NCBI GenBank assembly: GCA_018221105.1 | Contig: JAAOYA010000001.1 | Coordinates: forward strand, 238,812 to 285,732 | Length of the DNA stretch: 46,921 nt | Reading direction: 5' to 3' | Source of the DNA: Candidatus Woesearchaeota archaeon | Lineage (GTDB): Archaea; Nanobdellota; Nanobdellia; Woesearchaeales; JAAOYA01 | Shown here: positions 30,771 to 40,302 of the stretch, in pieces | Numbering within the stretch: position 1 is the stretch's first letter | Layout: every line of letters starts with the position of its first letter | Translations under genes and position numbers: made by a program | The notes under the pieces: generated by a model | What the model was told of the DNA's origin: nothing | The model's input: the letters and a program-made list of their open reading frames with translations, nothing else | The model's database searches: none

Positions 30771-32156
30771 TTATTTTTTCTTTGTTGATAGTGTTATTAA
30801 GAACACTGCTGCTGCGATTGCTGCTATGTTTGCCAGCACTAATAGTAGTACGAACAATGCGTTTCTCAAGCTTGTGTTTTCTGTTGATTGTGTTATTATT
30901 GCTTGTGTTGGTATTGTCGCTCCACCTGTTACTATTGGTGGTGTTGTGATTGGTGTTGTTGTGCCGACTGCTTGTTCGTGTTGTTCTACAATATTTTCTA
31001 TTGGTGCCTGAGGCGTTGTGGTTGTTGTGTCTTTGCAATCGTTTATTGTTATGCGCAGTATGTCTTCGTCCATTAAATCGTCGCCGTCAATGAATGTGTC
31101 GATTATTAAATCGTATGTTCCTGATAGCTCGTCGTCACCAAATTCTAGGTTGAATATTGCTTTGTAATCATTGTCTTTTTTATCAGGGTCTTCGTCTAAT
31201 TCTATTGGTCTGACTCTTTCACTGATATCAAGTAGGTTGTTTTCAACTTTTATGCTTACGTCGTCTTGGTCTCGGCTTCCATAATTGGTTACTTCTACTG
31301 TTAGTGTTGTTCGTCTATCACAGCTTAGAACGTCACGGTCCAAAAATGCTTCTGTTATTCTGATGTCGTCTTTTTCGCGCTCTACTGTTATTGTCAGATC
31401 CCATCTTAAGTAGTGGATTGCGCCGTTTTCGTCTTCGCCTTCAACTTCTAGTATTGCGTCGTATTCATCGTCTTCTGCGTCGTTTGGAATGTCGATTTCG
31501 AATTCGAATGTGTCGTCTTTGTCTGCGTCGATGTCTCCAACACTGATGTCTTCATCAATGTTGTCTCCGTCATCAATGTCTTCTATTAGTAAGAATACTT
31601 CGATGTCTTCTATTTGTATGTCATATTCTCTTTCTCTGTCATCGAATAGGTTTTCTATTTCTCCTGTTATTGTGATTGTTTCACCGCGTCGTATTTCATC
31701 AATTTCGTCTCCGTCGTCTACGTCTGCTGTGTCTTCTTCATATTCGAATTCAACGTTTTTTAGTTTTAATTGTGATTTTCCATTAACATTGATTGTTGTG
31801 CTTGTTGATGTGCTACCATCACTTACTGTTAGTGTGCTGGTAAATGGGTTGTCTCGTGTGTCAATATCTTCCGGTATGAATCCTTGGACTGTTATGACTT
31901 GTGTTGCTCCTGCTGCTAGGCTTGCTATGTTTGATGGGCTTGCGTTTAAGTTAAAGCCTGATAGTGGTGCAATGCCAACATTTAAGTTAGTCAGTGTTGT
32001 GTTGCCATCGTTTGTGATTGTGATTGTTTGTGAGAAATCATCATTTGGTTGTTGTGTTATATCAAGTGTTGCTGGAGCGCTTAGTGCTGTTGCACTGATT
32101 GCTAGCAGTAACACTGTTAGAATGATTGTTAGTAGTGTTAGCGTGTTTTTTTTCAT
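30771..32156 (-). CDS. Acidic cell-surface/S-layer-like protein with Ig-like (CARDB-type) domains
   Basis: Signal peptide MKKNTLTLL..., very Asp/Glu-rich beta domains, Thr/Pro linker, C-terminal TM plus KKK; GGAGG RBS. Confidence 0.75.
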   Translation of the reverse strand: MKKNTLTLLTIILTVLLLAISATALSAPATLDITQQPNDDFSQTITITNDGNTTLTNLNVGIAPLSGFNLNASPSNIASLAAGATQVITVQGFIPEDIDTRDNPFTSTLTVSDGSTSTSTTINVNGKSQLKLKNVEFEYEEDTADVDDGDEIDEIRRGETITITGEIENLFDDREREYDIQIEDIEVFLLIEDIDDGDNIDEDISVGDIDADKDDTFEFEIDIPNDAEDDEYDAILEVEGEDENGAIHYLRWDLTITVEREKDDIRITEAFLDRDVLSCDRRTTLTVEVTNYGSRDQDDVSIKVENNLLDISERVRPIELDEDPDKKDNDYKAIFNLEFGDDELSGTYDLIIDTFIDGDDLMDEDILRITINDCKDTTTTTPQAPIENIVEQHEQAVGTTTPITTPPIVTGGATIPTQAIITQSTENTSLRNALFVLLLVLANIAAIAAAVFLITLSTKKK

Positions 32157-32329
32157 TGTTGTTAACCCTCCGGTTTTTGTTTTTTGATAACGCGTTACCG
32201 CCCACAAAAAGGCAGGTTTTCTATTCCAGAGTAGTTACAAGTTATATAAAAGGTTTGTGGTTAATCGAGAGAATAACAATAAATTAATTTGTTAAAAAAT
32301 ATAGAAGTCTTCTGTATATATAATAGTGT

Positions 32330-33601
32330 TTATTTGGCTTCGCCCCATTTTATGAGGGCTTTTTTTAGCTCTACACGGTTTTGTGCCCAATCAGTCAAAG
32401 AACTCTTGTGTTGTACTGCGTCCATTGCTTGTCGTACAGCTCTAGCGCCTGATAGTGTGCCGTTTGGGTGTCCGTGAACGCCGCCACCGAATTGCATTAT
32501 CACATCAGGACCCATTCTAGCGTGAACTTTTGGTATGCTGCCAGGGTGGAGTCCCCCGCTAGCTACTGCGAATACTGGTTTTACCCCGTGCCAGTCTTGT
32601 GCTAAAATATGATTTTTTCCTTTAATCATTGGTTCTTCAATTTCTCGCTCTATCTCTAGCACTTCATCTGGACTCCCTTCCATTTTCCCAACATCCGCTG
32701 TCCCAATGTGCAATTGGTCAACACCAATAAGACGACTAATCATTGCTAACACATGCATTGTGATGCCGTGCTTTGGATTGCGTGTTAGCGCGCCGTGACC
32801 TGCCCTGTGAGCGTGCAATACTTGAAACACGTGATCGCGAACTGTTTGCAGTCCTGCAAAACCTGCTGTTAGAACATCCACCATCACGTATTCTCCGCCA
32901 TGACGCTCTACATACTTTGCTCTTTTTAACATTTCAAAAGTCTCAGCAGTGATGTTTGGCATGTAAATCTTTTTCTCTCCTGTTTCACGCTCTGCCTTAT
33001 CGCGCAATTTTAATGTTTTGTCGATTCTTTTTTGAAAATTGTTAAAACTCATGCTTGTAAGGTTTTCGTCATCTTTTACAATGTCAAGTCCTCCAACCCA
33101 AGAATCATAAGCTACTTTTGCGTGATGCGCCTCGTCAAGGCCAACTTTTGGTTTTACAATAGTGCCAAGTAATGGTCTTTTTGGCAATTTTAGCATTTTG
33201 CGAATCCCTTTGATTCCATAGCGCGGTCCTTTAAAGCTTTGAACCATTTTTTTTGGAAATGTTATGTCAGTTAATCGCAAATTGTCAATTACTTTCATTC
33301 CATAAATGTTTCCAGCAATAGCCGATAGTATTTGCGGCATGTTGCCTGCCTCAAATAGTTCTTGAGGGTATGCTATTCTTGCCAAACGCTTTTTTTTATT
33401 GATAGAATATACTGATGGTCGTAGTTTTGTAGCAATTTTTTTGTTCATTGTGGACAGTTCAGTCCATGTTCCGATGCTGCTCTCGGCTGCTACTTGCTCG
33501 CAAGCTTGCTCGAATGTTAGGCCTTTGGCTGGCTCTACATAATATTGTACAACAAGATCGTTCTTTGTTGGTTTGTACTTTAAGTCAACATAGTCTAGCA
33601 T
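32330..33601 (-). CDS. rbcL: RuBisCO large subunit, archaeal form III-type
   Basis: AAESSIGTW, GTIVKPKVGL, DIVKDDENL, HAHRAGH, DQLHIGT...GKMEG, SGGLHP, GGGVHGHP. Confidence 0.95.
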   Translation of the reverse strand: MLDYVDLKYKPTKNDLVVQYYVEPAKGLTFEQACEQVAAESSIGTWTELSTMNKKIATKLRPSVYSINKKKRLARIAYPQELFEAGNMPQILSAIAGNIYGMKVIDNLRLTDITFPKKMVQSFKGPRYGIKGIRKMLKLPKRPLLGTIVKPKVGLDEAHHAKVAYDSWVGGLDIVKDDENLTSMSFNNFQKRIDKTLKLRDKAERETGEKKIYMPNITAETFEMLKRAKYVERHGGEYVMVDVLTAGFAGLQTVRDHVFQVLHAHRAGHGALTRNPKHGITMHVLAMISRLIGVDQLHIGTADVGKMEGSPDEVLEIEREIEEPMIKGKNHILAQDWHGVKPVFAVASGGLHPGSIPKVHARMGPDVIMQFGGGVHGHPNGTLSGARAVRQAMDAVQHKSSLTDWAQNRVELKKALIKWGEAK

Positions 33602-33621
33602 TGCGCCGACCACCCCTCTCT

Positions 33622-34128
33622 TTACTTACTGCCAAAATAGAATACTTTTTCCATGGCAACATCTTCTGGTTTGTAATTGCCGCTTCGCACGTGCCCACCT
33701 TCAGTTTTCGCATCTTTTAATTTTTCTTCTTTAGGCTTGGACTTTTTTGCGGCTTGTTCAATTGTTGTTTGCGCTGGTTTTAAATTGGTTAATTGTTCTT
33801 CTAGATTTTTAACATATGATATTAGCTCGTTGATCTTGTCTTGCATCACATTTATTTGGTTTGTGTGATCTTCTAATTTCACGTTTTGTTTTCTCATTTG
33901 TAGTGATGTCTCGTCAGCGTCAACTGTGACGCCTGTTGGCGTGATGCTTGACTCGTCAACTTGTGATGTCGGGCTTTGCATTGCCTCGCCAATGAATCCT
34001 GCTTCGTTGTTCGCGTCAGGTATTATTTGTTGTGCTTGTTCGCTCGCGCTTTGCGAGTCTAGTGCTATTCCGTGTTTTTGTAGTTCTTTTGATAACTTGT
34101 TTAGTTTTTGTAGTTTTTCAACATTCAC
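33622..34128 (-). CDS. Hypothetical coiled-coil protein with C-terminal FYFG motif
   Basis: AGGTGA RBS before GTG 34128; shares terminal motifs with 34134..34922. Confidence 0.7.
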   Translation of the reverse strand: MNVEKLQKLNKLSKELQKHGIALDSQSASEQAQQIIPDANNEAGFIGEAMQSPTSQVDESSITPTGVTVDADETSLQMRKQNVKLEDHTNQINVMQDKINELISYVKNLEEQLTNLKPAQTTIEQAAKKSKPKEEKLKDAKTEGGHVRSGNYKPEDVAMEKVFYFGSK

Positions 34129-34133
34129 TATTA

Positions 34134-34922
34134 TCACCTATTGCCAAAATTAAAAATATCTGATAAGTCAACATTTGGTCCTTGTTCTTGTTGTGTCTGT
34201 TCTGGTTCAGGTTCGCTTTGCTGCTCTGGTTGTGCCTCACTTGAAGGTTCGGGTGTTGGAGCTGTTGGTTGAGTTTGTTGTGGTTCTGTTTGATCACTCA
34301 TTAGCTCGTCTGCAGCTTCGTCTTCTTCGCTTTGAGCCACTGTTGTCTCTTGAGGTGTTGTTGGTTGTTCGTAAGTTTGTTGCTCTGCTGGTTGTTCTTG
34401 GCTGATAACTTCTTCTTGCTGTGGCTCTTCAACTTCTCCTTGAGTTTCTTCTTCACCATCATCTTCTTCTACTTCAGCTTCTTCTTCGCCTTCGTCCTCT
34501 TCAACTTGATCATCATCCTCTTCTTCTTCCATCATTTCATCGACAGTCTCTGAGAGTTCTTCATGAGATTCTGTTAGTTCTTTGTGAGAATCCGCGAGTT
34601 GTTCTTGTGATTGTGTTAAATCTGTCTGAGTTTGTTCTAAACTGCCAACTTTTGTCTTTAAATCATCAAGTGATAAAGTGACTTTTTTGATTTCAGAATT
34701 TAGTGTGCTTATCAAGTCTTGTAATGCGTTTAATGCCTTTTTGTCAGCGTCACTTGTTTGAACTGCATAATTTGCAGTTTTTTGAACGTACGATCCTGTG
34801 CTAGAGCTCATTTTTACAATGTCATCAGCCAGTTTTTGTGCGTCGCCAGATGCCACTATCCCATATTGTTTTAGTGTTTTTGCCAAGTCTGACATGTCTT
34901 GTTTGTTTTGTTCGATTCTCAT
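34134..34922 (-). CDS. Hypothetical coiled-coil/acidic disordered protein with C-terminal FNFG motif
   Basis: 262 aa; coiled coil then E/Q/P-rich linker. Confidence 0.7.
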   Translation of the reverse strand: MRIEQNKQDMSDLAKTLKQYGIVASGDAQKLADDIVKMSSSTGSYVQKTANYAVQTSDADKKALNALQDLISTLNSEIKKVTLSLDDLKTKVGSLEQTQTDLTQSQEQLADSHKELTESHEELSETVDEMMEEEEDDDQVEEDEGEEEAEVEEDDGEEETQGEVEEPQQEEVISQEQPAEQQTYEQPTTPQETTVAQSEEDEAADELMSDQTEPQQTQPTAPTPEPSSEAQPEQQSEPEPEQTQQEQGPNVDLSDIFNFGNR

Positions 34923-35019
34923 AGACGATAAATATGCTTGAGCGCGTATTTAAGTTTATCGGTTGTACAGTAGATGTTTTTTCAAAAGCTTTTTAAAAAG
35001 TGGTCGCTATTGGGCTAAC

Positions 35020-36579
35020 ATGGCATTCCCTATTGATCAAACAACTCAAGCAGTCATAACACTTGTCAATAATCCAACAACATTGACTTTACTCTACACT
35101 GTTGCAATACTTTTGGGCGGTTACTTATTTGCACAGATTATTTCCAGAATAATGGGATATTCTTATGGGAAGCGAAAAATCAATACTAAAGAATATAAAC
35201 TTACTGACAAAGAACATTCTAAAGCCATAAAACTTGCAAAAAATACTATCATGATAATAACTGTCATTGTAGCATTAATGTACTTGCGAGCCCCTATTGT
35301 TGAAAACTTCTTTATGAATACTTACGTGTTGATTCCTAATATTTTAACCACTATTTTATTATTAATTCTTGGAATTACTGTTGCTAATTTGTTAATACAA
35401 TTATTAGAACGTTTTTTTGAAACTATCGGATTGACAGATTTTATGAGAGCAACAAAAAATGCTACTTTTAACAGATTTATTTTCATTGCTGCAAAACTGT
35501 TCTTGTATGTTTTAGTAATAGAAATCGCATTATCAATTCTGGGTATTAACTTGCGAATCGTAAGCACTTTTTTATCAGTAGCACTATATATTGTTTTCGG
35601 ATTATTTTTCGTGTTATTGTTTTTTGCACTAAAAGAACCTGCAGAAAACATGGCTGCAGGTTTTTACTTGCGAGGGCTTAAAGGCTTTAAAGAAGGACAA
35701 TTATTGCGTGTTGGCGAGACTGTTGGCAAAGTAGAACAAATAACTAATCTTGCAACAACTATTAGCGCAGACTCAACTTATACTGTTACTATTCCTAACA
35801 AAAAATTATTGAGTGAAGAATTGTATTTTAAAACAGCGGGAATTGACTTGCAAACTATTGAAGACTTAAAAAATCATTTTATACCGCAAAAAACTCCTTC
35901 TTCTTGCGGTCCGGCAGTTGGCGAGACTGTACTAAAAATTTTTGGCATCAACAACATTGATCACGACAAAATCTACAAAGGTATTGGTCTTAAAGAAGGT
36001 CAAGGTGGCACTGCACCTAAAGATTTGATACTTTTTTTAGAAAAAGCTACAAAGAAACAAGTGTTGGGCGCTTGGATTGACACTAATCACATGGGAAGCT
36101 TGCGTGATGAAACAAAAACTTGGCTTTCAGAAGGAGGCTTAACAGTTGTAGATTATAAAAAAAGCGTGTTTTTTGCAGAGAGTCGTGGTGGAGCGCATTA
36201 CGGAGTGTGTGTTGGTGTTGACGGCGACGAACTAGTGATTATTGACCCTTCACGCAAAAGTGGCGGAGTGTTCTTGGCAAATTATCGCTTAATGTTTAAA
36301 GGGATGGACACCACAAGCAAATTGTTCAATGGCAAAAGAGGCTATATTGTTTTCGCACCGAAGGGCACTATAGCACATCATAGAATAGAAGAAGGGCTTA
36401 TTTATTCAGATATTAGTTTTTATGATAAACTATCTAAGACTTTAGAGCGAAAACTTAATGATTTGATTGATAAAACAGAGCTTTTAGAGACAGTGCTGCC
36501 CCCAGCACTAAAAAAGTATTTGGAAAAGAGAAAAGGCAAAGATAAGATTTCTAGACTGTGGAGACCGAAAACTTTATAA
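35020..36579 (+). CDS. MscS-family mechanosensitive channel fused to C39-like (papain-fold) peptidase domain
   Basis: TM helices; ENMAAGFYL, GKVEQI, TIPNKKL (MscS); PQKTPSSCGPA, HYGV, IIDP (Q/C/H/D). Confidence 0.78.
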   Translation: MAFPIDQTTQAVITLVNNPTTLTLLYTVAILLGGYLFAQIISRIMGYSYGKRKINTKEYKLTDKEHSKAIKLAKNTIMIITVIVALMYLRAPIVENFFMNTYVLIPNILTTILLLILGITVANLLIQLLERFFETIGLTDFMRATKNATFNRFIFIAAKLFLYVLVIEIALSILGINLRIVSTFLSVALYIVFGLFFVLLFFALKEPAENMAAGFYLRGLKGFKEGQLLRVGETVGKVEQITNLATTISADSTYTVTIPNKKLLSEELYFKTAGIDLQTIEDLKNHFIPQKTPSSCGPAVGETVLKIFGINNIDHDKIYKGIGLKEGQGGTAPKDLILFLEKATKKQVLGAWIDTNHMGSLRDETKTWLSEGGLTVVDYKKSVFFAESRGGAHYGVCVGVDGDELVIIDPSRKSGGVFLANYRLMFKGMDTTSKLFNGKRGYIVFAPKGTIAHHRIEEGLIYSDISFYDKLSKTLERKLNDLIDKTELLETVLPPALKKYLEKRKGKDKISRLWRPKTL

Positions 36580-36683
36580 ATAGTAAAACACGGTGTTGTA
36601 TTAGCAGAAAGGTCATTATTTAGTGAAATAATGAATAAATAAGGTATTGTTTCTATACTAAACAACTGGGGTGGATAGAGGCA

Positions 36684-37361
36684 GTGCCGCAAATTAAGCA
36701 GAAAATGATTAAGATAACAGCAAGTCTTATAGAAGAAGTGGTCAGTGAAGTGGCCGGCAAAGACACAATACCACTAGTTAATTTACTAAAAGGCCAAAAA
36801 GAAAAGATTTCAGAGTTTAAAATCGCTGATGACTTAGACTTAGACATTAAAGAAGTTCGCAACATGCTTTACCGATTGTACAAGCACAACCTAGTGAGTT
36901 TTAATCGTAAAAAAGACAAGCAAAAAGGATGGTATATTTATTATTGGGATTTTAACAAACCACTAATCGAACACTTATATTTCATCATCAAAAAAGACAA
37001 GCTTGAAAAACTAAAAGAACGCTTAGTGCGCGAACAAACTCACAAGTTCTACTTGTGCCCTCGCGGTTGCGTGAGAGCAGATTTTGATCAAGCAACAGAA
37101 TGGTTTTACAAATGTCCAGAGTGTGACAGTATAATGCAAGAACAAGATAATGAGCGAACAATAGACCATTTAACAAAACTTATTGCAGAGCTAGAAAACG
37201 ACCTAAAAAAAGAACGTCAAAGCTCTATACTAAAAAACGCGAGAAAGAAAACAGCAACAAAAAAAGTTGTGGCACCAAAGAAAACCAGCAAGAAAAAAAC
37301 CGTTTTAAAGAAAAAAACAACTACTTCTAAAAAGAAAATCACCACAAAGAAAAAACGTTAG
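36684..37361 (+). CDS. tfe: Archaeal transcription factor E (TFE/TFIIE-alpha)
   Basis: wHTH ISEFKIADDL...VRNMLYRL, KGWYIYYW; Zn ribbon CPRGC...CPEC; Lys-rich tail; start could be ATG 36705. Confidence 0.92.
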   Translation: MPQIKQKMIKITASLIEEVVSEVAGKDTIPLVNLLKGQKEKISEFKIADDLDLDIKEVRNMLYRLYKHNLVSFNRKKDKQKGWYIYYWDFNKPLIEHLYFIIKKDKLEKLKERLVREQTHKFYLCPRGCVRADFDQATEWFYKCPECDSIMQEQDNERTIDHLTKLIAELENDLKKERQSSILKNARKKTATKKVVAPKKTSKKKTVLKKKTTTSKKKITTKKKR

Positions 37362-37392
37362 TTTTATTAATAAGCTTGCAACTGATTTTCTC

Positions 37393-38283
37393 ATGAACAA
37401 GGGGAGTTTAACGGTCATCTGCATCGCATTAATGATTCTATCAAGCATAGCGGTCAGCGCTTCATGGGAGCTTATCAGCAGCGAACTAGTATTAAAAGAA
37501 GGTGATAGCACATTTGTTGGAGCTTACAGCGTAGAAGTCTATTCTGTAGACGTTGACGAACAAAGCGCTGCACTAAAAATCTATAATACTAACAGAAAAG
37601 AAATAAGTCTTGATGACAAAATTGTAAAACCTACAAAAGAGTGGGTTTATAGAAACATCAAAGTACAAGCACTAGCAATTTTTGATGATGAAGCAGGTCG
37701 TGACACAGTAGTAATAAACACACTATTCGACCAGCAAATAAAAGTATTAAACGAGTTCGTTCCGCCAATAATTAAAGTTGGCGAAGATAATGAAGGAACC
37801 TTTGCATATGAAAACACTGGCGAACCAGTAAACCTTAAAATAATCTTTTACCCACAAAACAAACTAGTAATCAATCCAGACCAAGCAGTATTGCGATTGG
37901 CAAAAGGCGAGCGAGGAGAAGTAGATTTTAACCTGTACACTAACAAAACAGGCAATTATTCACTGCGAGTTCGCGTAATGCAAGACGACTTGCAAGTAAT
38001 GCAAATGTTTTATAGCACGCTAGCAGTAGTAGATCTCTCAAGCAAATCAATAACAAAAGAAATAAACTCCGACAGTACAGCTCCAATAATCACAGGCGCA
38101 GCAACACTTGAACCACAAGACGTAATAGTACAAGACGTCAAAGTAGTAGATCAAAGCAGTGGTTTAGAAATAATAGAATACGAAGAAAACGATGGTAAAT
38201 CACGAATGCCACAAGTCATTGGAGTAACACTGCTAATAATAGCCTTTCTAGTAATAGTAAGTGCACTACGAAAAAAAGTATGA
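37393..38283 (+). CDS. Secreted, C-terminally anchored surface protein
   Basis: Signal peptide ending AVSA, beta-rich body, ITGAA linker, C-terminal TM plus RKK. Confidence 0.7.
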   Translation: MNKGSLTVICIALMILSSIAVSASWELISSELVLKEGDSTFVGAYSVEVYSVDVDEQSAALKIYNTNRKEISLDDKIVKPTKEWVYRNIKVQALAIFDDEAGRDTVVINTLFDQQIKVLNEFVPPIIKVGEDNEGTFAYENTGEPVNLKIIFYPQNKLVINPDQAVLRLAKGERGEVDFNLYTNKTGNYSLRVRVMQDDLQVMQMFYSTLAVVDLSSKSITKEINSDSTAPIITGAATLEPQDVIVQDVKVVDQSSGLEIIEYEENDGKSRMPQVIGVTLLIIAFLVIVSALRKKV

Positions 38284-38327
38284 TGTTGTGAATAATTTTA
38301 AATACTTGTTCTACACAACAGTGTGTT

Positions 38328-38555
38328 ATGGCAATCAATGAAACAATAATAGTATTAGAGCCTATACTAAAACCATTGCAGTTTATTGTAAATTCATTAA
38401 AATTCTTAGTAGGAGGAATATTTGGCTTATACGTAATAATGGTAGCGATGAAATACATTGAAGCACGCCAGAATCGCAAGATACTACAAAGCATCCTTAA
38501 TGAATTGCGCCATTTAAACAAGAAACCAACAACTAAGAAAAAAACAAAAAAATGA
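38328..38555 (+). CDS. Small membrane protein
   Basis: Single TM (LVGGIFGLYVI), basic tail; ATGA overlap with argS. Confidence 0.7.
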   Translation: MAINETIIVLEPILKPLQFIVNSLKFLVGGIFGLYVIMVAMKYIEARQNRKILQSILNELRHLNKKPTTKKKTKK

Positions 38556-40216
38556 ATTATAAAAATACAATAATAAAATTATTGAAAACAAAAAGTTTGA
38601 AAGTTGATCAAATAGAAATACCTCCAGACTCATCATTTGGCGATTTTGCAGTACCATGTTTTATCCTCGCTAAAGAATTAAAAAAAAGTCCAGACCATAT
38701 TGCAAAACATTTTGCAAAAACTTTGAAATTATCAAAAGAATTTATCAAAGTTGAAGCAGTAGGACCATATCTGAATTTTTTTGTTGAGCGAAACAATTTT
38801 TTTGAAAACGCGTTAACAGAAAAACCAAATTTTAAGGTTGGAAAATCACAAAAAATTGTCAACGAGTTCTCTTCACCTAACACTAACAAGCCATTGCACT
38901 TAGGCCACATACGCAATAACTTGCTTGGTGAGAGCGTCAGCAAACTATTAGAAAAAACAGATAATACAGTAATTCGAACTTGTTTAGTAAACGATCGCGG
39001 CATCCACATTTCAAAATCAATGCTAGCGTATCAAAAGTTTGGAAAAAATAAAGCTCCAAACAAAAAAAGCGATCATTTTGTTGGCGACTGGTATGTTCGC
39101 TACAATACTGAAGCACTAAAAAAACCAGAAATTGAGCAAGAGGCTCAAGCAATGCTTGTAGACTGGGAAAAAAATGATAATAAAGTCCGGGCTCTTTGGA
39201 AAAAAATGAACACTTGGGTGTACGCTGGTTTTAATGAAACTTACAAAAAATTAGGCATCAAATTTGACAAAACATACTATGAAAGCGACCATTATGACAA
39301 AGGCAAAAAAATAGTTAGTGACGCTTTGAAAAAAAACATTTTTTACACAGATGATGACGGTAACGTGTTAGCACCACTAAAAAAACATGGTTTGCCGGCT
39401 GACAAAGTGGTGCTGCGCTCTGACGGTACATCAGTTTACATCACACAAGACATTTACTTGGCAAAACAAAAACATGACGATTACAAGCCTGCAAAATCAA
39501 TTTATGTTGTTGGCAGCGAGCAAAAACTACACTTTCGACAACTCTTTAAAATCTTGCAACTTTTAGGAATGGCAAAATTTTGGGATTTATATCACTTATC
39601 ATACGGCATGGTTTACTTGCCACAAGGCAAAATGAAAAGTCGTGAAGGAACAGTAATTGACGCAGACGATTTAATAGAACAAATGACTAGTTTAGCAAAA
39701 AAAGAAGTGTTAAAGCGTTACAAAAAACTAGACAAGCTAGAAGTTGAAAAACGCGCTAATGCTATTGGTCTTTCAGCCCTAAAATTTTTCATGTTAAAAA
39801 TTGACCCTTCAAAAGACATGACCTACAATCCTACCGAAAGTATTAGTTTTGAGGGTGAGACAGGACCATACGTGCAATACACTTACGCGCGTATAAAAAG
39901 CATCATCAGAAAAGCAGGGAAAAAACCTTCAAAAATTAAAGTTGAAAAAGTCAGTGATAAAGAATTTGCCCTGGCAAAAAAACTTTCTGGTTATTCTGCT
40001 GCTGTGCAAGACGCCGCATTGCATTATAAACCTTCAACAATTTGTCATTACTTGCTTGATTTATGTCAAAGTTTTAACAACTTTTACGCTGACCACCCTG
40101 TGATTAGTAGTGATAAAAATGTTATGAACAAACGATTATTATTAATCTCTAAAATTGCAAGTACGATAAAAGACAGTCTAGCAGTTTTAGGAATTGAAGT
40201 TCTTGAACAAATGTAA
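38552..40216 (+). CDS. argS: Arginine--tRNA ligase
   Basis: FGDFA, GPYLNFF, EFSSPNTNKPLHLGHIRN (HIGH), KMKSREG, GETGPYVQYTYAR, terminal LEQM. Confidence 0.96.
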   Translation: MNYKNTIIKLLKTKSLKVDQIEIPPDSSFGDFAVPCFILAKELKKSPDHIAKHFAKTLKLSKEFIKVEAVGPYLNFFVERNNFFENALTEKPNFKVGKSQKIVNEFSSPNTNKPLHLGHIRNNLLGESVSKLLEKTDNTVIRTCLVNDRGIHISKSMLAYQKFGKNKAPNKKSDHFVGDWYVRYNTEALKKPEIEQEAQAMLVDWEKNDNKVRALWKKMNTWVYAGFNETYKKLGIKFDKTYYESDHYDKGKKIVSDALKKNIFYTDDDGNVLAPLKKHGLPADKVVLRSDGTSVYITQDIYLAKQKHDDYKPAKSIYVVGSEQKLHFRQLFKILQLLGMAKFWDLYHLSYGMVYLPQGKMKSREGTVIDADDLIEQMTSLAKKEVLKRYKKLDKLEVEKRANAIGLSALKFFMLKIDPSKDMTYNPTESISFEGETGPYVQYTYARIKSIIRKAGKKPSKIKVEKVSDKEFALAKKLSGYSAAVQDAALHYKPSTICHYLLDLCQSFNNFYADHPVISSDKNVMNKRLLLISKIASTIKDSLAVLGIEVLEQM

Positions 40217-40302
40217 AACACCTTCTTCGACGATATTTTTTAGAAAACTATATAAAGCACTATCGTCAAAAATAATGTTAAGGGAGACTAAGGGTGTAGT
40301 GC

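Noticed and set aside
31489..32187. 232-aa Ser-rich + strand ORF
   Set aside because: Antisense shadow of the Asp/Glu-rich surface gene; GAC/GAA codons read as Ser on the other strand.
34175..34681. Overlapping + strand ORFs opposite the acidic protein
   Set aside because: Shadows of GAA/CAA-rich low-complexity coding sequence.
37230..37361. Histone H1-like Lys-rich tail on TFE (and N-tail at 12894)
   Set aside because: Low-complexity K/T tails recur on unrelated proteins here, so this is a compositional trait rather than homology.
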